From Epithemia pelagica (lineage: Eukaryota > Protista > Bacillariophyta): 64,000 nucleotides of DNA. The notes beneath the pieces were generated by a model. That model did no database searches. It was not told where the DNA came from and worked only from the letters and a program-made list of their open reading frames with translations. Below, piece after piece: positions 45,781 through 57,057 of this stretch. Every line of letters starts with the position of its first letter. Positions within the stretch are counted from its first letter, which is position 1. The stretch lies in NCBI GenBank assembly GCA_946965045.2, contig OX337241.1, positions 1,736,001-1,800,000 of the forward strand, written 5' to 3'. The position numbers were made by a program, and so were the translations under genes.

Positions 45781-47187
45781 ATGAATAAGAAGGATAACAC
45801 AAAGACAAACGATGAAGATCGATTTGAGTATAGTGCCGACATGGATTCCAACGTTGCATGGTGGAAACATTTACCCATTGGATCGGAACACATTATTCGT
45901 GAAATTGCTGCTGAACGGATACTACATGAATTGCTGGACAAGGTCAATAAACGAGATTCTGTTGAGTACAATGTAATTCGAAATGTCGTACAAGAATTCC
46001 CTGGAACATGCTACAAAACGTACGAGTTCCAATGGGAGGACGGAACGAGTCGACACTTGATGCCCTTGGCCATGATTTGTTGTTTGTGTCCCCCACTCGA
46101 AACGGTTCAAGCAGTCTACAAGGCTAATCCAGGAGCCATTCTAGTTCAAGAACCATACAAACAAGCGTTGCCCTTTCATTTGGTCTCGGCATTTGAAGCA
46201 TCGGTTAATGTGGTGGAGTTTATTTACTCCAAACACAAGAGTGCCATTGCCACGGAACGGAACGACGGTGTTTATCCCATTCATTTGGCTTGTGGCTTTT
46301 ACTTGGGCGATCCCTCCGTCTTGAATTTCTTGCTGCGTCAATATCCTCAAGGCGCCAGCAAGGTGTGCACTGTGATTGAATGGTCTCCCCTCCATTCCGC
46401 CTGTCATGGCGGCGTTTCGCATGTACCCATCTTGGAGCGACTTCATCAATTAGAGCCAACCATGATCAATCGACGAGACAAACATGGAAGAACACCCCTT
46501 CATTTGGCCTGTCGATCGAACAAGGGAAATGGGGCAGTGGTCAAGTTTCTGGTGCGTACCGCTCCTGCCAATATCAATGTTCGAGACACTTTGGAATGGT
46601 GGACCCCACTCTTCTTGGCCTGTGTGTATCAACCGCCATCTGTCATTCAAGCACTACTGGAAGTGGTCGACATTAGCACCATTCGGACAACCGATGCTCG
46701 AACAGGGGACACTTTGTTGCATTGGGCCTCCATGGGGAATCACCAGCATCCGGAATCAATCGAGTTTCTGGCGCAACGATTTCCTCACATGTTGCTTCAA
46801 CAAACCACTGACAATGCTCAAGCCACACCACTTTGTCGAGCAGTAGAACATGGGGCACCCCTCGAAACGATTCGAATCCTCATTCAATATGGTCCTCGAG
46901 CCTTGTTTGTAGACAATGGAGCTGGACTACGTCCCTTGCTTGCGGCCAAAGCCAATGGGAACTACAATGACCATCACCGATCCCTATCGGCGGGCGTTTT
47001 GTCCTTTCGCGGAGGGAGACGACGAACCGCAGCGGCCGCCACCACGGCAAATCTGGTAGAGTCTGTCAACCGGAACAGCAGTAATTATACAAAGGAATTG
47101 GTGGAGCTGTTGAAGCAGTCGGAGAAGACGCACCGGGCCTGTGCCCATCCAAACCCTTTGTGGGGATTTACCAGTAGAGGTAGCTAA
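45781..47187 (+). CDS. Ankyrin-repeat protein, 468 aa
   Basis: Repeated ankyrin motifs: YPIHLAC, SPLHSAC, GRTPLHLAC, WTPLFLAC, GDTLLHWA, TPLCRA, GLRPL. Confidence 0.88.
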   Translation: MNKKDNTKTNDEDRFEYSADMDSNVAWWKHLPIGSEHIIREIAAERILHELLDKVNKRDSVEYNVIRNVVQEFPGTCYKTYEFQWEDGTSRHLMPLAMICCLCPPLETVQAVYKANPGAILVQEPYKQALPFHLVSAFEASVNVVEFIYSKHKSAIATERNDGVYPIHLACGFYLGDPSVLNFLLRQYPQGASKVCTVIEWSPLHSACHGGVSHVPILERLHQLEPTMINRRDKHGRTPLHLACRSNKGNGAVVKFLVRTAPANINVRDTLEWWTPLFLACVYQPPSVIQALLEVVDISTIRTTDARTGDTLLHWASMGNHQHPESIEFLAQRFPHMLLQQTTDNAQATPLCRAVEHGAPLETIRILIQYGPRALFVDNGAGLRPLLAAKANGNYNDHHRSLSAGVLSFRGGRRRTAAAATTANLVESVNRNSSNYTKELVELLKQSEKTHRACAHPNPLWGFTSRGS

Positions 47188-47424
47188 GGGCTCTTAGAAA
47201 CTGTCCTGGTGGTACTCCGAAATGAAACAGAGCACTCCATTCTTTGTTTCTACCGATCTTTCATGCTTAAGAGCGACAGAGAATATTCTACTTGTTGAAC
47301 TAGGTAATCTCGTCACATCACCATTGATTTTCAAAACCTTACTTCATGTACTGTATCTGTATCCTATAGCATTATATATGTGTTTAGCGTACTTGTATTT
47401 CATCCAGTGTGCCTGTTTTTGTTG

Positions 47425-48315
47425 TTACACCAACGAAAAGCGCTTTCGAGTGGAGCATGACAGGGAGCTAGACTTTTTGCGTGACGACGACGAGGCGGAC
47501 AACGACCTTCGTGGTTGTGATTGTTGTTTGGATGAATGTTTTTGTTGTTCCTGACGTGGGAGTCTTTGTTGTGGTGCTCGATTTCGTGAACGACCGCGTG
47601 GATGTTGCTGTTCAAATGTTTCCACAGAGGGGAAGTCGCACGTATAAATCCACCCGCCCATGGTCCAATAGTAGAATAACGATGATGACAAGGCCGTTGT
47701 GTTTCCGTCCAGTGGAGACAGGGTTTCAGATACAAAACCAGCGGCCGACGTTGTTCCATGGACCGAATGATAATGCACCGTGACTCCACCAAAGTGGACA
47801 CCCATGAGGGTCCGGCAGGCCATGGGAGTTACAGTACTTGGTGATGATGGTGATTTCTTGAGCGCACTTTTCCGTTTCGTTTTTCTACCGGACAATCCTT
47901 CCAAGAAGGAATACTCGCCAAGACTCTCTTCGGCCGTTGCCACTGTGGATAAGCTATGTAACGATGTGTTGCTATCGCACCTTCTCATGTCACCGCTCTC
48001 CGAGTTGTCCTTGAAGTCCCTAGAAGAATCTTTCGGACTACCAAGAACTTTCTTTTTGCTCTTTGTTTTAGTTACTCCTTTTGATTTGGAGCGAAAGTGA
48101 TCGCCACGAGCTTGAGTTCGTCCACCGCGAGACAAATCATCAACGTCGTCTTCATCGTCATCTTCGGGACGAAGATGATAAAGGGAGCTCGGAACATGTA
48201 AGAGATGCAACATTCGAGGTCTTGCAGAAGACTGGGAAGAAGAAGATGATGATGAAGATAAAGATGATCTTTGTTCCACAGTTCCACCACTTCCAATCGA
48301 CTGTAGCGTCCACAT
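47425..48315 (-). CDS. Ser-rich hypothetical protein, divergent VHYH motif family (member 4)
   Basis: 296-aa ATG-initiated ORF with SALKK..GVHFGGVTVHYH..WTMGGW..VETFEQQHPR. Confidence 0.55.
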   Translation of the reverse strand: MWTLQSIGSGGTVEQRSSLSSSSSSSSQSSARPRMLHLLHVPSSLYHLRPEDDDEDDVDDLSRGGRTQARGDHFRSKSKGVTKTKSKKKVLGSPKDSSRDFKDNSESGDMRRCDSNTSLHSLSTVATAEESLGEYSFLEGLSGRKTKRKSALKKSPSSPSTVTPMACRTLMGVHFGGVTVHYHSVHGTTSAAGFVSETLSPLDGNTTALSSSLFYYWTMGGWIYTCDFPSVETFEQQHPRGRSRNRAPQQRLPRQEQQKHSSKQQSQPRRSLSASSSSRKKSSSLSCSTRKRFSLV

Positions 48316-49273
48316 GTTTCTTCAACGTAAATCGAGAAGACAATCGGAATGATGGAGAAATGGGCCTTTTTTCAAAATATTTCTACCTTCGCCCTCTCCT
48401 GTTTTTCTCGCTCTTTGCTTTGACGTTTTGTTACTCCAACACGAGGTCGCGAACTACGGTTTCCAAATCCATTGGTTGCATGTCTTATTTCGTGGTTATG
48501 AAATCTGGTCGTTGTTGCGATCGCGTGGCAACAAAACCACATGGCCGCATCGCTCGTGCTTGGTCTTCTTTTGGACTGGAAAAGAGCCGTTAAACCTTTG
48601 TACATAATTTTGAGGGACATTTCCTGTCGTGAGAAGCGCGCCGACGAGGCAAGGAAGATGCTATAGTGCATATTAGTTCTTACTCGTACATAAATTACAA
48701 TAGTGAAATATATATGTGTCAAATTGTACTCCCCATGAAAGGTCATTTATTCATAACAGCGTGCGCCAACCGCAACCATCACCGACCAACACAAACAACT
48801 TCTACTCCTCCGAGACAATCATCTGGTGTCGATAATGCGGTTATTCAATGTGGTAGTGGTTACGAAGGATAGAGTTTATGGTATCCACGACCCCCGACCC
48901 AAAATTTCGGGCCTTGATCTTGTTGGGTGGCCGGACCACCAAAATTATCCAGTCGGGCACGGATAAGCGCGTACGAAACATCAACCAGGCCTTTAAATGT
49001 AAATATCAAGCCTGTCCTTCCAGTACCGATTCCAACCGGTTTGTAGACAGGCTCGCGACGGAGTGACGCGGCGGAGGAAGATTTCCCTCCACGAAATTCT
49101 CATACGTGCGACTTCCGCGTCTCGATGATTCTCATTGTTGGCTCTTGAGATTGAGACATGGGAAAATGAAACGATGAGATGTGTCCGTTGTCTGTGTCCA
49201 TGTCGTCTTTCTCTCATACTCCAGAATAGCCTTGGAAGACACTGTCGAGTACAGAGCACAAGCTGGTATTGGC

Positions 49274-50350
49274 ATGTCAAAGACACACACCAACCCCGAG
49301 AGAACCGACCATGAGGAGGGGACCACTCCTGATGAAGGTGACCAAAACAGAAAGTCCATTGTTTCGGATTCGTTTCTAGTGGAGAATGCAGTCTCCAACG
49401 ACGAGCTGATGGATCATGCGTTCGCATTGGTTCAGGAGGAAGTTCAATGGAGTGACATGTTCCACAAGGGTGGCCCGGTCCCACGCAAAGTGGCCATTCA
49501 AGGAGACATGAATCGCAGTTCGATGGTGGGTAGTGGTAATGAGACAATTCGCTTCGAGGAGCAACCCATCTACCGACATCCTACCGATGAACAACCGGCC
49601 CTGCAGGATTGGACACCGACTGTTCGTCGATTGCGCGATTGTGTCCAGGCGTGTACAGGCCAAGTGATCAATCATGCCCTGATTCAAATGTATCGCAATG
49701 GCGACGACTACATTTCTGAACATGCTGATAAAACTATTGATGTCCAGAGAGACAGTGCAATCTTCAACTTGTCATTGGGTGCGACTCGTACCTTGATGTT
49801 GAGACCCAAGCGAGAACAAGCCCATGGTGCCAAAACAGCTTTGCCTCGTGAGGCGATTCGAGTGCCCTTGCATCACGGATCCTTGTTTGGCTTGGGTTGG
49901 AAGACAAATCAGACAATGACGCATGAGATAAAACGAGACAAACGACACGAACGTGACAAGACTGCAAGGGAGTTGGATTTTCGGGGCTGTCGTATTTCAA
50001 TTACCTTTCGACATGTTGCTACATTTATGGTGCTGGTAAAAACTCGAACTACCTTCCATGCATCTCCGGTATTGTTTGGTCAAGGTGCCAAGAAGTACAA
50101 GACAAGAGCGCAAGCACTGGAAGCTGCGAAATTTGCGTTGTCTTGGCATAGAGACGAGGAGAGAACAAAATTAGATGAAGGAGATGACAAAGACAAACCG
50201 ATTCGGATGGGCGAATTGACTGCCTCAAACGATGGGAACGAGTCGGAACGTTTGCTGCAGGCTTTTTCCGAGGAAAATCGACGAGCAGACTTCGATTGGG
50301 AGCAAGCCTATGGAGATGGCTTTGATGTTATCAACATTCAAATTGTCTAA
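49274..50350 (+). CDS. AlkB-family 2OG-Fe(II) dioxygenase (ALKBH2/3-like)
   Basis: NHALIQMYRNGDDYISEHADK (HxD), LSLGATR, THEI (distal His), RISITFR. First ATG at 49274; the track start is GTG. Confidence 0.85.
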   Translation: MSKTHTNPERTDHEEGTTPDEGDQNRKSIVSDSFLVENAVSNDELMDHAFALVQEEVQWSDMFHKGGPVPRKVAIQGDMNRSSMVGSGNETIRFEEQPIYRHPTDEQPALQDWTPTVRRLRDCVQACTGQVINHALIQMYRNGDDYISEHADKTIDVQRDSAIFNLSLGATRTLMLRPKREQAHGAKTALPREAIRVPLHHGSLFGLGWKTNQTMTHEIKRDKRHERDKTARELDFRGCRISITFRHVATFMVLVKTRTTFHASPVLFGQGAKKYKTRAQALEAAKFALSWHRDEERTKLDEGDDKDKPIRMGELTASNDGNESERLLQAFSEENRRADFDWEQAYGDGFDVINIQIV

Positions 50351-50621
50351 ATAGGTCTGTCTCCACCATGATTCCGTGTTAGGCAGTTCGTATTTCGCAT
50401 CCGTAACTACCAATACTCTAATAAAAGTAGTACTCCTAGCAACGAAAGATAGGCAGGTCATCATCCCTGATGATTGATGATGTATCCCATTTTCGGTTCG
50501 TCACAATTACTCCTACGCTCCTAGGAGCTAGGAGTACCCGCCGCAAGATTATGCCTTAGCGCCTCGCGTGTCCTAGTTTTTGTCTTCTTCGTCATCGCTT
50601 CGCGATGTTGCGTCAACTTCA

Positions 50622-52282
50622 ATGAACGACTCTATGGCAGGTTTATCGAGAATGGTCCCTTGTTGGATGCTTGCCGTGGCGCTGCTTCCACTTTCATGTG
50701 TGTCTCTGTCAAGCCCAACCGATGTTGTTTCTGCTGGAGGGACGACATCGTCCTCGCTTCCCTCCAAGATTCCACTGCCAATGTCCTCTAATCAAAAGGC
50801 TCTGGATGAAGGCCCTCGTTTCCCACGAACCTGGGTGCCCTTCGGTTCAATTATTGAATTGAATCCTGATCGTCCCACACCTGTTTCCTTTTTGAATCAG
50901 AAGTATGTCGTTTTCAAAGGAGACGACGATCAATGGGTGGTGATGGATGATGCATGTTCACATCGTTTGGCTCCGTTATCGGAAGGTCGCATTGACACTA
51001 CCGAATCCGGGGAACGTAGAGTTCAGTGCTCCTATCATGGATGGTCTTTTGATTCCTCGGGTATGTGTCAAGACATCCCTCAAGCGACGGACCGTGTGAA
51101 GCGAAGTGCCATGGCCAACCCAAAGTGTCACGTCATGTCGTACTCCACTATCGTGGAGAAGAGCATTTTGTGGGCATGGTTATGGAAAGAAGATGCCATT
51201 GAAGAAGCTTTGAAAGATCTGACTATTACCCCGCAACACATGCTGGCGGAAGTCCCATCCGTAGCTGCGACTTATACTAGAGAAATGCCCTATGGCTGGG
51301 ATACCTTGTCGGAAAACCTTGCGGATCCAGCCCATATTCCTTTTGTACGTACCGTCGATTTCTTGCGGTTGTCGGCCGTGTTTCTTAATTACATGGTCAC
51401 GCTCATGATCGTAGAACACTCCCCTTACATGTTGCTTGCTTCGGGTGTCTTCAGGCTCATCACAATTTACAAGGAACCAGGGACGACGCAGTTCCTATTA
51501 ACATGACAATGCTATCACCAGTTAAGAAATCAGGGTTCGTATGTCAACTCGAGGACAGAACTAGGAACAAATTTCGAAAGTCCTTGATGGCATTTAATGC
51601 ACCTTTTACAATAACATATGGTGCCGAGTATCAGACGGACTCAGTTGAACCAGAGTTTTTCAACTTGACAGTCATTCAAACCCCAACGCGACCAGGATGG
51701 AGCCGGGCCATGATCGTTACGGCAAAGTCAGTACCTGACTCGTCAGATTCTGAGGGAGATGTCAAGGCAAAGACCGACTGGCGAAGAAAGATCTTTTCCA
51801 TGATCCCCCGGTGGCTGGTCCACATTCTGTCCAACCGATTCTTGGATTCAGATTTGGCACTGTTGCATTATCAGGAGCAAGAACGTGACAAGCGAGGAGG
51901 CGATCTTACGGATCCGCAAAATGCTTACTTTATGCCTGCTGCAGCCGACATGAGTGTCAATGCTTTTCGGAAATGGAAAAATACATATGCTTCTGTCTTG
52001 TTGCCGCTGCCCCCCGCCATTCAACACAGGGCAACCCTCTACGATCACTACTCCCAGCACACGGACCACTGTATTCATTGTAGTACAGCCTTGAAACAAA
52101 TCAAGAAACTGCGGGTAAGGGTGTATGGGTTATTGGCTGTCACCGGATTGATTACCGCGGCCAAACGAATGTTCTTCCTTGGAGGAATGGGTGTGGCCGG
52201 GTGTCTCCTGACGATTTTGGTTATGAATACACTCGAGCGCGAATTCTACACGGGGGACTTTAGACATTACGAGAATGATTAA
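50622..52282 (+). CDS. Pheophorbide a oxygenase / Tic55-like Rieske oxygenase; intron 51345-51454
   Basis: Rieske CSHRLAPLSEG..CSYHGW. Mononuclear iron motif ENLADPAHIPF|AHH reconstructed across a GTACGT..CAG intron. C-terminal HTDHCIHC. Signal-peptide-like N-terminus; the start ATG is uncertain. Confidence 0.88.
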
Positions 52283-53339
52283 CGGAAGCACCTCAAGGTG
52301 ACGAAGGACTAGTACCTAGGAAAGAATCTAGAAGTTCGATTGTCATAGCTGATGTCATGTGGGTTGTGGGTGGGTGTGAGTCCTTCATATTCTTCGCCCA
52401 GTGTGAAACAAAAGTTCGAGTGACATCCTCTAACACGAATGCCAAGGAAGTCTCCTCAGATGTTGCCTGGGAACTATGTGGAGTATAGGAAACCACTCCT
52501 GGGCATGCGGCTCAACCTGCTCACGCGATGTTACTTGACAACTGAAGGATTTCATGCCAACGAATTCAATGGTTCCACTCTTGGGTCGAGGATATGAAAA
52601 GGAATCATTTCTTTGGACTTCATCGATACTTATGACGAACAAGATCCTGCTCCTAGGGAGATCTGATCTTCTCCTCTTCTCCTCTAGTCCCTCTAGCTTG
52701 GAGCTGGTAGCTAGGAGTACTCTAGAGGGTAGCTGTAATAGATTATTTAGAGGGAGTACTCTTTCGGATATACAGGGGCACGTCTGAAATGAATATAGCA
52801 TAGATTGTACAGAAACCTAGGCCTTTCTTGACACTCTTCAAGCTTCCGGTGGCCCGTAGGCGCGGAATGGATCTTTTGCAAGTGCATCATCTCTTCCTAT
52901 AACATATATGAAATCAGTATTTGTATAAATAGATTCCTACCTTGTGGTATATGTTATAGAAAAGCCATCATCGGAAGACTTCGACTGTTCGACGCATTGA
53001 GTGTGTGGTGTGTGGGCGCGTGATTTTGCTTCCAACCATGCTCCACCCGCATTCCTCCGCATGTAAATTTTGCGGAGGAAAGCTCTATATCCGGGCTGGT
53101 TTGGCCTTTCTCCGCCCATATCATATGCTCCGCACATGCTCCGCGCGCCCGATAATATACCCCCGAAGAGGCCGTATCTTTCTTTTGAAGCGATGCTCGC
53201 CCGATGATGTTCATCGAAAATGGGACCAATCTGACCACGAGAAAGAATTTTGACCCCACAAAATTGCAAATATCTCTGACACAGCGAGAATCTTTTGGAG
53301 AAAACGTACATTCGACTTGACTAAACGACGACGACCACC

Positions 53340-55958
53340 ATGGCATCCGCGACGACCGAAGATCCTGCTATTTTCAACTCTCTCTTGGTGGATGGGAAAG
53401 TGCGTGAAGATGTTGTGAGCGATGAAAGTTCGGACGCTGAATCGGACGCGTCCACTAGTGTAAGCCGTCAAGTGGTCCAGAGTGCCATCAATAGCAGTCG
53501 AAGCTACCACATGATCGATGTGAGGTCGAAGACAGCTCGTATCACCCCAAAGAACGAGCTTTTGGCTAACTTTGTTGCTCCGCGAACAAAGCATTTGGGT
53601 TCGGGATCCTCACACAGTATTGTTCAAGCCGACGGAAACATTGCTCATGTAGAACATGACAAGTCAGCGCGTCGGCTGCCCACCGAGATTCTCTACGACA
53701 AGGAAGGTTTGCGTCTATTTGATGAAATCACACGAATGGAAACCAATGAGTACTACCTCACGGCATGTGAAGAGGAGATCTTCAAGAAGCAAATGGACCG
53801 ACTGATCCCTTTTATCCCGGATGGCTGTGCCATTGTCGAGCTTGGCTGTGGCACTATGGCCAAGACTGCAGTTTTTCTTGATGCCCTTCGAAAGGCAGGT
53901 AAGAAGGATATTTGCTTCTATGCAATCGATATTGAGCAGACTTCCTTGGAGTCTAGCATTGAGGATTTGATTGCTTTTGAGGAGGAACAAGACACGGTTC
54001 ATCGCTATCAGTATTATGGAATCCTTGGAAGTTACGACCAAGCTCTGGAAACCAATGTCCTCAAGAATATCGGGCGCCCCAAGGTTGTCCTCTGGCTTGG
54101 ATCCTCGATTGGCAATTGGACTCGCGACGATGCCGCCGAGTTTTTGGCGACGTTCTCGGAGTCCGTCATGCAACCGTTTGATCTCTTTATGATTGGTATG
54201 GATCGCAGAAACGACCCTGTCACCATTGCTCGAGCCTACAACGACTCAGCCGGTATCACGAATGCGTTTGGACTTAATGGATTGCGACACTTGAACAAAC
54301 TCCTGGGTCGGAAGATCTTTAATGTCGAAAATTTTGAGAACTATGCTGGTTATAATATTGAAGCTGGACGTCACGAGGCCTACTTTCGCAGCAAGAAGGA
54401 TCAATCTCTGTACATCCCTGCCGAGTTTGCCACTGAGGCCATGACGGTGGAACTCAAGAAAGGAGAACTTATCAACTACGAGTTCTCTCACAAGTTTTCT
54501 GTCGATGAGATTCAAGAACTGTGCAACCGAACTCATTTTCATCTCTCGGAATTGCTTTATGATTCAAGCAATCGCTACAGTTTTGCTGTGCTGTCCAAGG
54601 CTGCATTCGTCCCAGTTCCAAAGAAGAAAGTCGGTAGCGCCAAGTTCCCTGAGGTTAAGGAATTTGAGGAGGTTTGGAAGCTCTGGCACACCTTGACCTC
54701 GCCCGCAATCATCAAGAACCCCCTAGAAAAGCCCATCCATCTCCGACATCCATTGATATTCTATGTTGGTCACATCCCTGCCTTTGAAGACATTCATCAG
54801 AGCCGTCACTTTGGAGAACCCCTGACGGAACCGGAGTATTTGGCCACCATTTTTGAACGCGGCATCAACCCAGTTGTCGAAGATCCATCCAAGTGTCACG
54901 ACCATTCAGAAGTGCCCGATGAGTGGCCCAGCATTGAAGCTGTTCGAGCCTATGATGCCAAAGTTCACGATCGGATTCGACGTGTCTTTGAACAAATCAA
55001 AGTGCGAACGGACGGAAAGGTCGATCCAGGCATGCATCGCCTTGGCCGTCAACTCTCGGTTTGCTTGGAGCATACCATCATGCATGCCGAAACATACATT
55101 TACATGCTGGTCCAGCTCGGACGTGTCCTGCTTCCAAAATCTTTCATGCCTGCGTACCTTCGCTCCGAGTCTCATGTGTCCAAGCCGATTAGCAGTGCCT
55201 CGTGGATTGATATTCAGCCGGGACAAGTCGCCAGCGGCATTGACAACTATGAGAGCAACGACGACAAGGGCAGCGAACCAATTGAGATTGAGTTTGGTTG
55301 GGACAATGAAACACCGGTTCGTAGTTATCAAGTGACGTCCAGATTTCAAGCTCAGTCACGACCCGTGACGTGTCAAGAGTATCTTTGCTTCCTGAAGACC
55401 ATTCACAATGTCGACGAGCGAAAGCAACTTGTACCCGGTTCATGGGTAGAACTGAAGGAAGGAGAATACGCTTTGCTGACATTGTTTGGCCCTGTTGAAG
55501 TTGAACGATGCATGAATTGCCCGGTGACCCTCAGTCACAAGCTTGCAGAAAAGTTCCAAGATTACCTGCGAGCATCCTTGGGAGACAACAGCGTGCGTAT
55601 TCCCACAGAAGATGAGTGGGTCGTCATGCAGTCTCAGTTGTCGGGTGGCGATTGTCATGACGACATTGATTACCATAATTGGATGCCTGCTCCTCTGAAG
55701 GATCATACACCTCACAAGATTGGATCCGTCTGGGAGTGGACAAGTACAGTTTTTGATTCTTACGAAGGCTTTGAGCAGTCTCAAATTTATCCTGGTTATT
55801 CCGCTGACTTCTTTGATGGACTGCACAATGTGGTGCGTGGTGCCGCTTGGTGTACCCATGGTCGTGTCGCCAATCGTCTCCGAAACTTTTACCAACGCTC
55901 GTATCCTTATGCTTTCATTGGTGTACGTTTCATTCGCGACGCACCGAACAAGAAGTAA
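53340..55958 (+). CDS. egt1: Egt1-type ergothioneine biosynthesis fusion: histidine N-trimethyltransferase (EgtD-like) + sulfoxide synthase (EgtB-like DinB_2/FGE)
   Basis: LPTEILYD..GLRLFDEIT..YYLT, VELGCG, WLGSSIGN, EFSHKF; HPLIFYVGH, EHTIMHAE (H-x3-H-x-E iron motif), GSVWEWT, YPGYSADFFDGLHNVVRG, RNFYQRSYPYAF. Intronless 872-aa ORF. Confidence 0.9.
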   Translation: MASATTEDPAIFNSLLVDGKVREDVVSDESSDAESDASTSVSRQVVQSAINSSRSYHMIDVRSKTARITPKNELLANFVAPRTKHLGSGSSHSIVQADGNIAHVEHDKSARRLPTEILYDKEGLRLFDEITRMETNEYYLTACEEEIFKKQMDRLIPFIPDGCAIVELGCGTMAKTAVFLDALRKAGKKDICFYAIDIEQTSLESSIEDLIAFEEEQDTVHRYQYYGILGSYDQALETNVLKNIGRPKVVLWLGSSIGNWTRDDAAEFLATFSESVMQPFDLFMIGMDRRNDPVTIARAYNDSAGITNAFGLNGLRHLNKLLGRKIFNVENFENYAGYNIEAGRHEAYFRSKKDQSLYIPAEFATEAMTVELKKGELINYEFSHKFSVDEIQELCNRTHFHLSELLYDSSNRYSFAVLSKAAFVPVPKKKVGSAKFPEVKEFEEVWKLWHTLTSPAIIKNPLEKPIHLRHPLIFYVGHIPAFEDIHQSRHFGEPLTEPEYLATIFERGINPVVEDPSKCHDHSEVPDEWPSIEAVRAYDAKVHDRIRRVFEQIKVRTDGKVDPGMHRLGRQLSVCLEHTIMHAETYIYMLVQLGRVLLPKSFMPAYLRSESHVSKPISSASWIDIQPGQVASGIDNYESNDDKGSEPIEIEFGWDNETPVRSYQVTSRFQAQSRPVTCQEYLCFLKTIHNVDERKQLVPGSWVELKEGEYALLTLFGPVEVERCMNCPVTLSHKLAEKFQDYLRASLGDNSVRIPTEDEWVVMQSQLSGGDCHDDIDYHNWMPAPLKDHTPHKIGSVWEWTSTVFDSYEGFEQSQIYPGYSADFFDGLHNVVRGAAWCTHGRVANRLRNFYQRSYPYAFIGVRFIRDAPNKK

Positions 55959-56998
55959 CTCGGTACTGCTCGAGGGTTTTAGAAGCAGAGGGGAAGAGAA
56001 AAGTGGCGACATGATCCATCAATTACATATGGAACTATTTTATTATTGCATGCCCAAATTACACACAATTTCGATAAGCAAGGTTGTCATCGGGCGACAC
56101 AAAGAGACGACTCATTGTGTGAAGGCGCGTTGACAACAACAATGCCGTCCCCATACATATACGAACGGGGCACTTAATTTCATAGATCGAGTTACAGGAT
56201 TTCTGTTGTTCCCATGTGGAACTGTGTAGCCATTTCTCACTCCAGATATCCGTGGCGTGGCGATGACCCAAGCACGCGCAAGAGCAGGCACTTTTCACTC
56301 AATGAAGACCCACCGTTGAAGTTTTCAGAGCCACCTTCTATTGTTGCCCAACAAATTTACGCGCTTTGCGGAGCGGCTTTGAATTGTTCAAACTGAATCG
56401 CCATCAGATCCACGTAGAGGGTATAGTAATTGAGCCATCGACTCAACTGTATCGAATACATTCCTCTCTGTAGGAATCGTTGGTTTTCTCCATGATTTCC
56501 AAACCCACGGAATGAAATAGAATCCAAATAGTCTTGTTCCTCCATCGGAATGACCGGAGGTACAAACCGAGAATCACCATTTTGAACTTGTTGTGTTTGT
56601 GATTCATTGCCATGAGTCCTCAAAGGATCTGGCAAAAAAGGAGCCGTAGATAAGTTGTATTGATGCATCAGCTTCAGTTCACTATTTAGCAAACGTTCCA
56701 ACCTCATCGATCGGCCACCATTGGGTTGTTGGATTCGCATGATCAGTTTGCGCGTGGAATAGTGGCTAAACAGTCGATCCACAGGATTCCGCAACATGAC
56801 GATGATCTTTGGTTTCGATGGATGACAATAAGTTTCGATCATGGACTGTGGAATGTGAGGCCATACCATGTATAGAATGGAGTCTTTTCAAACGTCATTA
56901 TGCGATTGCGTGAGACATGGTTCAACTCGTTTCCAAACACTTGAAAGCTGACGGACCAATGTGGTTGACGTCGGTGGGACGATGAGTTTGATTGTAGA
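55845..56998 (+). repeat. Segmental duplication copy 1 (Egt1 3' end + intergenic + sulfotransferase 3' part)
   Basis: Aligns with 60321-61702 from GCTTGGTGTACCCATGG to GATGAGTTTGATTGTAGA, with substitutions and indels. Confidence 0.92.
56357..56998 (-). pseudogene. Truncated sulfotransferase duplicate
   Basis: KIIVMLRNPVDRLFSHY segment nearly identical to the gene at 60792-62474. Lacks the 5' exon (PAPS 5'-binding loop) and about 220 bp of the 3' coding end. Confidence 0.85.
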
Positions 56999-57057
56999 CA
57001 GCCTTTTATTGATAAGGTTCATCTTCAGAGGTTTATTGGACAAATGGGGATGGACTG

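Noticed and set aside
52897-52959. 12-bp inverted repeat CTATAACATATA / TATATGTTATAG upstream of Egt1
   Set aside because: AT-rich, short and single; could be chance or a MITE remnant, with no TSD or second copy.
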